From a virus (lineage: Duplodnaviria > Heunggongvirae > Uroviricota > Caudoviricetes): a DNA stretch of 64,000 nucleotides. The stretch lies in IMG/VR virus record IMGVR_UViG_3300044878_000059, positions 1 through 64,000 of that record. One strand, written 5' to 3'. Positions 55,579-63,403 of this stretch are shown here, piece after piece. The notes under the pieces are model-generated. The model made no database searches and was not told where the DNA came from. It saw only the letters and a list, made by a program, of their open reading frames with translations. Both the position numbers and the translations under genes were made by a program. How positions within the stretch are numbered: the first letter of the stretch is position 1; each line of letters starts with the position of its first letter.

Positions 55579-55762
55579 TCGTGGGGGCCGGACTCGAACC
55601 AACGACCTTCACCTTAGATGGTGATGCTCTTAAAAACCGGTACATCGCTACATTGCGGTCGGGCAATTACCCCCTTCCACGATCCAGCCACATACAGGCG
55701 TCTAGCGTTTACTCCCCGGTGCGCTCTCCGGCTTTCGACATTCGAAATTTAATCCAACTGAG
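55565..55762 (-). ncRNA. 198-nt tRNA-like RNA with insertions (intron-containing tRNA or Y-RNA-like)
   Basis: perfect acceptor CGTGGGG/CCCCACG, canonical 5' TAGCTCAGTTGG and 3' T-arm GTTGG/TTCGAGT/CCGGC plus CCA, but about 120 nt extra between them. Confidence 0.35.
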
Positions 55763-55831
55763 CTACCCCACGTTAAATCCGGGTTTTATCAGACCCCGGA
55801 ACTGAAATCTTGCCTTGCGGCTACATTTGCA

Positions 55832-57448
55832 TCAAACGAAACTGTCTTCGTCCTGCTTCATGTCATGCTCTAATTCGCTGACCATTTTACTGACCATTTC
55901 GTCAAACTGTTTGTTGACAACTGCCAATTCCTCACGCGGGATGTGCAGTCGTTCCAGAATGTCGCGAACTGTTTTGTTCGTTACCAACAGCTTACGTGCC
56001 CGAGTCACAGCCACATACAACAGGTTACGTTCTGCTTCATGCAGGCCGCACCATTCACCTTTGTTGTTGTAGACACCGGGGAAGTCGCTCGCCAGAAGAA
56101 CTACATCAAACTCACGACCCTTTGATTTGTGGGCTGTGGTCAGGATGATATCTGGATGATCAACGTTCTTTTGGGTCTTCAACATGCCGACGACTTTAAA
56201 GAAGTCACCGTCAGTGATGATCGTATGAACCCGTGCAAGCTCCGAACCTTTACCTGCTACTTCCTCGCTGAAATCAAACCAGCTTGTATACGGCAGCAAT
56301 TCGTCGTGCTTGACACCCGGCATATTGCCGTTTTTCAGTTCCATTGCTGATTCCAGCAACTTCACAAAGTCTTTTACATCAATCTCAAGATTGACACGCT
56401 TACCTTTCGACAGGTAATGCACTGCATCAAGCACCAACGCCATGTTGGTACGGTACAGGACGGTATAGGTGAACTTCGCATCGTCTTCTTTGAACATGTC
56501 AACGACTTTGCTGTTTACCTTATCCCAGCCACGCAGATTGGTTGAAATCGAACCATCATGAGACAGAACCGCGTTTGCTACATCGGCAATTGCCTGACCG
56601 AACCGGAACGATTGGGTCAATGCACTTTCCTTGAAAGGCAGGTTCTGCATTGCGTTGACCGAACCACGGAACTGATAGATTTGCTGGAATTGATCACCAA
56701 CAACTACGATCTTCGGTTTGGTTTGACGCAAGATGATATCGAGAACACATTCGTTTGTGTCTTGGCCTTCATCCAGATACAGGATTTCGTAACCCGACAA
56801 ATCAGGTTTCGAAAGCTGATACAGTTTCAAATATGTATCGTGTGTTGCGAGGATATTCGAATTCACATTGATTCGAAGTTTCCACAAACGCTTGGCCGTT
56901 TCAAGAACTACCTTGCGATACTCATTAAGCATCGTCGGGTTTACATCGTCCTTGTCTTTAACCGCCGAATGAGAAATATGCTTGAAAGCAAGTTCATCAT
57001 CTGCCGAATACTCGAAAGCATTCACGGTTTCACGAATCGCACGACCAATACCGGCAGATGTCACGATGGTTTTATTCATCCCACCAATCTTGACGGTAAG
57101 TGCAGGAACTCGGAAGTACCGGGCAATCTCTGAACCAGTGCCGCAAACGTTCTCATAAGCCCCTGACGGGCGTTTAAGCTTGTCCACCAATGCACGACCA
57201 TGGACGCCGAATGCAAGCGCGTGTGTGGTCTTTACGGTAACCCACGACGGGAATTTGTTCTTCGCTTCATCGGCCATGGCCTTGTTGTAAGCGAGGTACA
57301 AACTAGGTACGCAAAGTTCTTCTGCCACCATCGTTAAGGTTGTTGTTTTGGAACATCCGGCAAATGCGTTCAGCTTCGTGAATTGATTGTCAATCACGAC
57401 ACCGATAGCAACCTTTTGTTCGTCGGTTGGAACCAGAATCATCAACAC
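55832..57448 (-). CDS. SF1 DNA helicase (UvrD/Dda-like)
   Basis: Walker A AGCSKTT, motif II LYLDEGQD, VVGDQFQQIY. Confidence 0.65.
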   Translation of the reverse strand: MLMILVPTDEQKVAIGVVIDNQFTKLNAFAGCSKTTTLTMVAEELCVPSLYLAYNKAMADEAKNKFPSWVTVKTTHALAFGVHGRALVDKLKRPSGAYENVCGTGSEIARYFRVPALTVKIGGMNKTIVTSAGIGRAIRETVNAFEYSADDELAFKHISHSAVKDKDDVNPTMLNEYRKVVLETAKRLWKLRINVNSNILATHDTYLKLYQLSKPDLSGYEILYLDEGQDTNECVLDIILRQTKPKIVVVGDQFQQIYQFRGSVNAMQNLPFKESALTQSFRFGQAIADVANAVLSHDGSISTNLRGWDKVNSKVVDMFKEDDAKFTYTVLYRTNMALVLDAVHYLSKGKRVNLEIDVKDFVKLLESAMELKNGNMPGVKHDELLPYTSWFDFSEEVAGKGSELARVHTIITDGDFFKVVGMLKTQKNVDHPDIILTTAHKSKGREFDVVLLASDFPGVYNNKGEWCGLHEAERNLLYVAVTRARKLLVTNKTVRDILERLHIPREELAVVNKQFDEMVSKMVSELEHDMKQDEDSFV

Positions 57449-57477
57449 ACCTATGTAAGTACAACATCACAAAAATT

Positions 57478-57553
57478 TGGCTGGCAAGGTAGGACTCGAA
57501 CCTACGACCAACGCATTAACAGTGCGCCGCTCTACCAACTGAGCTACATGCCA
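57478..57553 (-). tRNA. tRNA-Asn (GUU)
   Basis: arm GCGCA/CTGTTAA/TGCGT. Confidence 0.65.
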
Positions 57554-57694
57554 ATTGTCACCCGATTCTTTCACTTCGGGTCTAGCGAGTGTTCGGTTCC
57601 TTAGATAGCGGGGAATCGAATTCGATTGAACATTTTCCAGTCGGGCCGACTTGTCCGTATTCTTTCAACGGTGAGCCGATAGCTGTGTTCAATT

Positions 57695-57772
57695 TGGCTG
57701 ATAGTATTGGACTCGAACCAATCTTCATCTTGATTAACAGTCAAGTGCCCTCGCCCGGATGGCTCACTACCA
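57695..57772 (-). tRNA. tRNA-Asn-like (GUU) copy 2, enlarged D-loop
   Basis: arm CTTGA/CTGTTAA/TCAAG; T ATTGG/TTCGAGT/CCAAT. Confidence 0.45.
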
Positions 57773-57787
57773 ATGAAACTATAAATT

Positions 57788-57866
57788 TGGTGGGGTTTGA
57801 TGGATTTGCACCACCACCTTCCAGACTCGATGTCCGTCCGCACTCCTAATTGTGCTAAAACCCCAG
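57788..57866 (-). tRNA. tRNA-like, anticodon unresolved
   Basis: acceptor GGGGTTT/AAACCCC, D GCAC/GTGC, unusual T-loop TGCAAAT. Confidence 0.3.
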
Positions 57867-58013
57867 TACCGGGAAGTCAGCCTTTAACCGGTGTAAGGCT
57901 TAATTCCCTGCTCTGTTTCCGATATCTCATTCTCATTGCATCACCATTCCAGCGATGGAGGGATTGCACCCCAGATAAAGTAACAGCATTCGTTTTGATC
58001 CGAAGATCGAATT

Positions 58014-58096
58014 TGGTGGGGAGTGATGGATTTGAACCACCGACCTCATACCGCATTGCTGCGGGCTATTGCTCTACCAGACTGAGCTAACTCCCC
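58014..58096 (-). tRNA. tRNA, 83 nt, anticodon unresolved
   Basis: acceptor GGGGAGT/ACTCCCC, D GCTC/GAGC, T GGTGG/TTCAAAT/CCATC. Confidence 0.4.
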
Positions 58097-58336
58097 ATTG
58101 GGCACTCTTTTTAACCGCTAGTGCGTTGCGGTACATACTGTCACTGGTTGTTGCTACACCAGTTAGACCTATTGTTCCGAGAAGCCGCTAAACTTCAAAG
58201 GTGGAACCGTCATCCGTGGCCTTACTCCGGCTAATTAGCACTACAGCATGTTTGGTTTGAATGTCCGTTGCACTTACCGCATCCGTGATACGCTTGTATA
58301 GGCAGGGCTACAACAGAGCAAGCACACGGAACATAA

Positions 58337-58420
58337 GCTCGCTTGTCATTCAAATTTGGTGGGGCTGGATGGATTCGAACCAACATAGCCAGCGGCACGG
58401 ATTTACAGTCCGGTGAGTTA
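58337..58420 (-). tRNA. tRNA-Tyr (GUA), type II
   Basis: loop CTGTAAA; long variable arm. Confidence 0.6.
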
Positions 58421-58484
58421 ACCAATTACTCTACAACCCCAGTGAAACTATTTAGATCGGAGCAACGCTCGACAATCTGAAATT

Positions 58485-58559
58485 TGGTGGGAACAGATGG
58501 AATTTAACCATCATTTCTGGCGCGAAGCCCCGGTGTCCTAGACGTTAGACGACATTCCC
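58485..58559 (-). tRNA. tRNA-like, anticodon unresolved
   Basis: acceptor and T-arm GATGG/TTAAATT/CCATC fold; anticodon stem poor. Confidence 0.35.
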
Positions 58560-58848
58560 AAATTGGCACCCGGTAAAGGGCTTGTGTAACGGTGTTGCGC
58601 ACCAAAACACTAACTTGCCATTGTCAGACACTTTGTCAGTCAAACCGGATTCTTTCACGACTTCCCCAGTTATATCTCGGTTGGTTGCTTCAAGTCCCAC
58701 CAACAAAACTCCTACCGATTAACGTCCGGTTGTATCCCGACATGGTTAGGATGTTAACCAGCAAACACCGACTTCTTAACGCAGAGTAGGAACCCGCGTA
58801 TGCAGTTTACCCAGTGCATAATGGGATGTGCCGTTTACCCGGCAAATT

Positions 58849-58923
58849 TGGTGGGGGATGGATGAATTGCACATCCGTCTACCGGATAAACACCGGATGC
58901 TCTACTAACTGAGCTAATCCCCC
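58849..58923 (-). tRNA. tRNA with loop TGTTTAT (UUU-like), T-loop TGCAATT
   Basis: perfect acceptor GGGGGAT/ATCCCCC and D-arm. Confidence 0.4.
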
Positions 58924-59231
58924 ATTTGACTACTATGTTCTATTGGTGGTAGTCATCCCGCAAAACCCCTGAACACTTGGGGGTCAACGCTTATCCCCTT
59001 GGGCATTGACAGAAACCGCCGTACTCGAAGTACCTAGCGGGGGAGTTTCCATTCTGTTAACGAACTTTATCAAAGTCCGTCTGATAACCGCGAAGCCGTG
59101 CAATTTCCCGTAACAGGGCACGAATAACGCGCATCATCGATAGTGGCCCGGAACCAACCGGTCTATAACTTTCATACCAACTCAACAAATCTTGTTCGTT
59201 TTGTGGAACTTCCATTTCACTACCTTTATGT

Positions 59232-59310
59232 TTGGTGGGCCGCCCGAGACTCGAACTCGGAACCCCCGGATTAAAAGTCCGGTGCTACTAACCAATTGAG
59301 CTAGCGACCC
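59232..59310 (-). tRNA. tRNA-Lys (UUU)
   Basis: arm CCGGA/CTTTTAA/TCCGG. Confidence 0.7.
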
Positions 59311-59312
59311 TT

Positions 59313-59388
59313 TGGCGACTCTAGGGGAATTCGAATCCCCCCTTCCTGATAGACAGTCAAGCGTGCTTTCCGCTAACACTATAGAGCC
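59313..59388 (-). tRNA. tRNA-Asp (GUC)
   Basis: loop CTGTCTA; T GGGGA/TTCGAAT/TCCCC. Confidence 0.7.
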
Positions 59389-59468
59389 ATTTTTAACTGG
59401 ATACCCTTTTATCTTTCAAGATTAAATGGTTTGAAATATAGTTTGGGTTTGCTGTTGGTATCCAAAAC

Positions 59469-59541
59469 TGGTGCAGTGGTTGGTTTTGATACCAACATCC
59501 ACTGACTTCAAACGTCAGTTGACTTCTTTCATCCACACTGC
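59469..59541 (-). tRNA. pseudo-tRNA (UUG-like), 8-nt T-loop, no discriminator
   Basis: arm CTGAC/GTTTGAA/GTCAG; acceptor TGCAGTG/CACTGCA. Confidence 0.3.
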
Positions 59542-59599
59542 AAATTGGGGCTGGCATCCGCCATCAAGAACCCCGATAAAACTGTTTGCTTATACGATC

Positions 59600-59640
59600 T
59601 ATTGTATCATACAATCATGACCGGATAAACATTGAAACTT
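59600..59640 (-). promoter_or_regulatory. phage promoter inside the tRNA array
   Basis: AATGTTTA N19 TACAAT; the -10 lies in a 15-nt palindrome ATTGTATCATACAAT. Confidence 0.45.
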
Positions 59641-59705
59641 AACTAGTTGCGCTTTTGCTTTCAAGCCAATATGAAATTTTAAGGTTTGCTGTTGGCAACT
59701 AAAAC

Positions 59706-59782
59706 TGGTACACCTAGCAGGATTCGAACCTGCTTAAAGTCGCTTAGAAGGCGAATGCCTAATCCCGTCGAGCCATAGGTGC
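59706..59782 (-). tRNA. tRNA-Arg (UCU)
   Basis: loop CTTCTAA; T GCAGG/TTCGAAT/CCTGC. Confidence 0.6.
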
Positions 59783-59842
59783 ATTTGATGTAATCAATAT
59801 ATCATACCGATCACACATTTTAAACATTCAAATCAAATTATT

Positions 59843-59935
59843 TGGCGGGCCACTGAGGTGTCGATCCCCAAACGGTTACTAGCCGTTCCACTTGTTTTCA
59901 AGACAAGGTTTACCAGCCGGGTAAAATAATGACCC
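59843..59935 (-). tRNA. tRNA-Ser (UGA), type II
   Basis: arm CTTGT/CTTGAAA/ACAAG; long variable arm. Confidence 0.55.
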
Positions 59936-59936
59936 A

Positions 59937-60128
59937 TTAAATCGGTTTGAACACTGGGATTGCATCGGTGTGCATGCGGACGAACTTGCGTCCAGCGAGC
60001 TTCAACGTTGTTCCAATGTCATAGGCGACACGTTCTGTGAACAGGCCACCATCTTGTTCGATCAGGAACAAGAGCATGATGTAATCGCCCTTGAAGCCTT
60101 CAAGTTGTTTCTCGAAATGCTGTTCCAT
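59937..60128 (-). CDS. hypothetical small protein
   Basis: ORF coupled to the upstream ORF by TGAATG. Confidence 0.25.
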   Translation of the reverse strand: MEQHFEKQLEGFKGDYIMLLFLIEQDGGLFTERVAYDIGTTLKLAGRKFVRMHTDAIPVFKPI

Positions 60129-60341
60129 TCAACGCCCCATTACACTGACCAACAGGCCATGTTCTTGGATCATCTGATAGTTACGACCGGCGTAGAAGAA
60201 CTGGGTAATGAGACTACCGAAGGCTTCTATGCTTGGTTGGAACTGAATTTCGTTTGGGCGTTCATTCAACGCGCCGATCACCGAATGAAACTCAGACGGG
60301 TTCAGCGTGGTTTGAACGCTTTTCAAATCTTTTGGAATCAT
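60129..60341 (-). CDS. hypothetical small protein
   Basis: ORF; ATGA overlap with the upstream ORF. Confidence 0.25.
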   Translation of the reverse strand: MIPKDLKSVQTTLNPSEFHSVIGALNERPNEIQFQPSIEAFGSLITQFFYAGRNYQMIQEHGLLVSVMGR

Positions 60342-60508
60342 GCCGGTTCCTTTGGAATCATAAAGGCAGGTGTCGGGGTGAATCGTTTCGGATTCCGTTC
60401 AGACCCTACAATGGTCAACACCGGCTTCTGACGCTTTGGTCTATCGGCTGGTTGTGTTCCTAATGTCCAGAAGCTGTTCAAGCCCCAGAAGTAGCCACGT
60501 TCTTTCAT
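60338..60508 (-). CDS. hypothetical small protein (start moved off tRNA)
   Basis: CGTGAGAATTTCATAATG initiation region immediately after tRNA-Gly. Confidence 0.25.
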   Translation of the reverse strand: MKERGYFWGLNSFWTLGTQPADRPKRQKPVLTIVGSERNPKRFTPTPAFMIPKEPA

Positions 60509-60530
60509 TATGAAATTCTCACGATTAATT

Positions 60531-60606
60531 TGGTGCGGGTAGCGAGGCTCGAACTCGCAACTTCCTGCTTGGAAGGCAGGCACTCTACCAATTGAGCTAT
60601 ACACGC
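60531..60606 (-). tRNA. tRNA-Gly (UCC)
   Basis: arm CCTGC/CTTCCAA/GCAGG. Confidence 0.7.
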
Positions 60607-60700
60607 AAAACAGAAATCATGTCTCCCGACATTATCGCTGTCCGAATACCCAAGGCGTTTAGGTATTTGGTCGTCCGGGTTGCCCCTGACTTGTGAATCT

Positions 60701-60740
60701 ACTATATCATTGTTCCGTTCGATTCTAAACATTGGAACAA
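60701..60740 (-). promoter_or_regulatory. phage promoter with flanking dyad
   Basis: TTGTTCC AATGTTTA GAATCGAACGGAACAATGA TATAGT. Confidence 0.45.
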
Positions 60741-60747
60741 AAGTATT

Positions 60748-60823
60748 TGGTGCGTCCAAACGGTAACGATCCGTTCTCTATGGCTTTTCAGACCATCGCT
60801 TTCACCATGTAAGCTACAGACGC
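60748..60823 (-). tRNA. tRNA-Phe (GAA)
   Basis: loop CTGAAAA; acceptor GCGTCTG identical to the CUA tRNA. Confidence 0.7.
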
Positions 60824-60845
60824 ATAACAGAATGCATTTTTTTAA

Positions 60846-60915
60846 TAAGACGGACTCGAACCGAAACCTCCCAACGATCAAGTCGGGCGCTCTAACCAAT
60901 TAAGCTATATTCCTT
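60846..60915 (-). tRNA. tRNA remnant or pseudo-tRNA
   Basis: good D-arm TAGCTTAATTGGTTAGAGC, weak T-stem, no matching acceptor 3' strand. Confidence 0.25.
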
Positions 60916-60959
60916 GGATTGGTAGGAAAGATTATTATTTGCTGTGAGCATTCTAAAAT

Positions 60960-61043
60960 TGGTGGATCAGGTAGGGATCGAACCTACTTCGCCAGCGGCA
61001 TGGGGTTACAGCCCACTAGGACTACCTGTGTCCCGTCTGATCC
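60960..61043 (-). tRNA. tRNA-Tyr (GUA) copy 2, type II
   Basis: loop CTGTAAC; acceptor GGATCAG/CTGATCC. Confidence 0.5.
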
Positions 61044-61058
61044 ATTGAAACTAAAATT

Positions 61059-61134
61059 TGGTACGCACTGCGGGAGTCGAACCCACCACCTCACGGTTCG
61101 TAGCCGTGTGTTCTTCCAGATGAACTAAGCGCGC
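61059..61134 (-). tRNA. tRNA-Arg (ACG)
   Basis: arm CACGG/CTACGAA/CCGTG. Confidence 0.7.
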
Positions 61135-61163
61135 AATAAAAAAGGGAGCCATTGGCTCCCTTT
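61134..61163 (-). terminator. terminator just upstream of the tRNA array
   Basis: GGGAGCCATTGGCTCCC hairpin with TTTTTT on the minus strand. Confidence 0.65.
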
Positions 61164-61399
61164 GAGAAATCGATAACAGCCGGAAATCAAATGTCCGGGC
61201 GTTCGTCTTCTTGGGAACCAATTGTAACTGTCTTGCCGAAATCAAAGGCAAAGCGATCCTGTACCGGATATCCAGCATTATTCAGGCGACGATTTGAAAT
61301 AGTCAGTGACGACATGGTTTTGATTCCAAGTGAAAAACAGTTGATGTACATGTATTTAGCGTTGTGTTTTTGAAAAATCGTCGAAAAACGAAAAATAAT

Positions 61400-61675
61400 T
61401 CAAAAATATTTGTAGCCAGTGGATTGATACCGATTCCAGTCGTCAAGCATGTAATCCAACCGGTCACGTTTTGACCAACAGAACCCATACTCGGCAAAGT
61501 CGCCTTCATCCTTCCACATAGCCATATCTTCCGTGAGCCTTGCCCGTTCAGCCACTACAGCCGCAACGTCGCTCATACCGGCTTTCAGACGGCCTACAAC
61601 GTATTCTTGAAGCCATGCTTCACCCTTGGAACCGTAGTGGTTCGCATAGGCTTGTACAAACTCAGAAAACGTCAT
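61400..61675 (-). CDS. hypothetical protein (91 aa)
   Basis: ORF. Confidence 0.4.
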   Translation of the reverse strand: MTFSEFVQAYANHYGSKGEAWLQEYVVGRLKAGMSDVAAVVAERARLTEDMAMWKDEGDFAEYGFCWSKRDRLDYMLDDWNRYQSTGYKYF

Positions 61676-61689
61676 AGGCCCACCCGTAA

Positions 61690-63093
61690 TTATTGCCAGT
61701 CGTAACGTGGAACTTGCAGGGTTTCCAACATCATGGACAGAGGGGTTACCTCTGGGACTTCGGTTTGAGCCAAAATCGACTTCATGATTGCTGGGCTGAA
61801 ACCCGTTACCATTGCGGTTCCGCCGACGCCGAAGCTGACAGGCAGGTTACCGAACGCAGAGTTCATGTTCCAGAAGATGATGTCAGGACGTTTGTAGCCA
61901 GCGGCTTCGTACATCCGATCAATCATCGTAAACGCAGAATCGTTGTTGAAACGACCATCCACTTGGTTGAACTGCATATCCGACCAAAGAATGATCTTGG
62001 TTGGCATGTCAGCTACCGGAACCTTGTGTTTCACCGCCGCTTGCAGGATCAGTTCAAACGACTTTTGCAGGTTGGTAGAACCACCCCACGGTGCGGATTG
62101 TGTCTTGTAAACACGATCACGCAGAGTCTTACAATCCGACAGATCAACCCAAGTAGGGTTGTTGTGGAACGTAATGAATTGATCTTTGAAGATGCCCTTG
62201 GAACGCTCTGCAACGTACATACCCAGCGATACCGCCACGTCCATACAGGTCAGACCTTTGGAGGCGTAGTAGCTGCTCATAGAGCCGGACACGTCCACGA
62301 TGCCAAGCAGGTTCTCTTTCGAGTCTGCGAGGTAATCCGGCAGTGCCTTCCACTGTGCATCAGCAACACCTTCTACGCCGCCGTTCAAACTGCGAAGAAC
62401 GTCGTAAGGGAAGATCGCACCGGCATTGACTTTGGTTTTACCCGTAGCCAGACCGTCGATCCACTCTTGGTACGCTTCTGGAGCATTACGCTTGAACGCA
62501 CGTTGGTAGTTCTTCGAAGCAACCGATGGGAGCTTGCTGAAATCGATTTGATTCCATTGCTGCGCGCACATCTTCTGTTCCACGGTTTTGGACAGCGGAA
62601 CGATCAGCTTGCGGTAACCACGCGGGGTCAACTCAAACTGGTTCATGAAGAACCGGGAATACTTCTTGCCTTCACGCGGCATCCACTTGGCACACAGACC
62701 GTTACCGTCAAGCAGAGCTTGTGCAACAATCTCAGTGATGATGAAGTCCAGCGTTTCGGACAGACCGATCAGTTGCCACAGGTCATCCCAACGACCCACT
62801 TCTGGGATTTTGGCGACGATACGACCGGCAACGTTGATGTCGGTTTCACGAACAACTTGGTTCATGAGAGAACGGAACGTTTGACGTTCGCCAGCACCAC
62901 CGCGAATATCGCGAACCCACAACAGTTGACGAACTGCCAAATCGGCATCTTCGTTGTACGCTTTGCGGAACTGAGCCGACAGGTCAAGCCCACGGGCCGA
63001 ACCGATCTTGGCGAACAGATCGACGTTTGCATTGAAGCTGGATTTCTGCGCTGCCATACCATTGGTGGTACGGGTCAAATTGGTTTTGCTCAT
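61690..63093 (-). CDS. vWA-domain protein with N-terminal helical domain (Ro60/TROVE-like architecture)
   Basis: MIDAS motif VDVSGSMSS in the C-terminal half; 250-aa helical N-terminal domain. Confidence 0.5.
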   Translation of the reverse strand: MSKTNLTRTTNGMAAQKSSFNANVDLFAKIGSARGLDLSAQFRKAYNEDADLAVRQLLWVRDIRGGAGERQTFRSLMNQVVRETDINVAGRIVAKIPEVGRWDDLWQLIGLSETLDFIITEIVAQALLDGNGLCAKWMPREGKKYSRFFMNQFELTPRGYRKLIVPLSKTVEQKMCAQQWNQIDFSKLPSVASKNYQRAFKRNAPEAYQEWIDGLATGKTKVNAGAIFPYDVLRSLNGGVEGVADAQWKALPDYLADSKENLLGIVDVSGSMSSYYASKGLTCMDVAVSLGMYVAERSKGIFKDQFITFHNNPTWVDLSDCKTLRDRVYKTQSAPWGGSTNLQKSFELILQAAVKHKVPVADMPTKIILWSDMQFNQVDGRFNNDSAFTMIDRMYEAAGYKRPDIIFWNMNSAFGNLPVSFGVGGTAMVTGFSPAIMKSILAQTEVPEVTPLSMMLETLQVPRYDWQ

Positions 63094-63125
63094 TATATTC
63101 TCTCACAAGTTCTTTTGATATGTGC

Positions 63126-63169
63126 ATATCCTAGCACGGTTCTGTTCGATGGTAAACATTGGAACAGAA
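63126..63169 (-). promoter_or_regulatory. phage promoter with GTTCTGTTC / GAACAGAAC dyad, upstream of the vWA gene
   Basis: ATTCTGTTCC AATGTTTA CCATCGAACAGAACCGTGC TAGGAT. Confidence 0.5.
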
Positions 63170-63195
63170 TTATTTGCACAAATGTTCAGGCGTAA

Positions 63196-63222
63196 AAAAG
63201 CCCCGGTAAACCGAGGCTTTAG
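63196..63222. terminator. terminator after tRNA-Trp
   Basis: AAAAAAGCCCCGGTAAACCGAGGCTTT. Confidence 0.5.
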
Positions 63223-63226
63223 AATG

Positions 63227-63301
63227 TGGCAGGCTACTACGGACTCGAACCGCAAATGAGGGATTTGGAATCCCTAGTGTTGCCAATTACACCAGTAACC
63301 C
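63227..63301 (-). tRNA. tRNA-Trp (CCA)
   Basis: arm AGGGA/TTCCAAA/TCCCT; T TGCGG/TTCGAGT/CCGTA. Confidence 0.65.
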
Positions 63302-63403
63302 ATAAACCGGCCCATTGGATTGCATCAAAGGTAAGTGAACATACCGGGCCGGGGTCGAAGCTGGGGGAACCTTTCGGTAACATTTCCTGCTTCTGTACTT
63401 CTA

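Noticed and set aside
59056-59214. Possible small minus-strand ORF starting at ATG at 59214
   Set aside because: The hand translation did not keep a consistent frame to a stop; cannot be supported without computation.
60129-60341. TGA read-through joining ORFs 60129..60341 and 59937..60128
   Set aside because: The junction is TGAATG, a typical coupling overlap. The suppressor tRNA reads UAG, not UGA, so two separate small genes is the simpler reading.
61693-63195. 500-aa plus-strand ORF
   Set aside because: Antisense to the vWA gene, which has the MIDAS motif and proper initiation signals.
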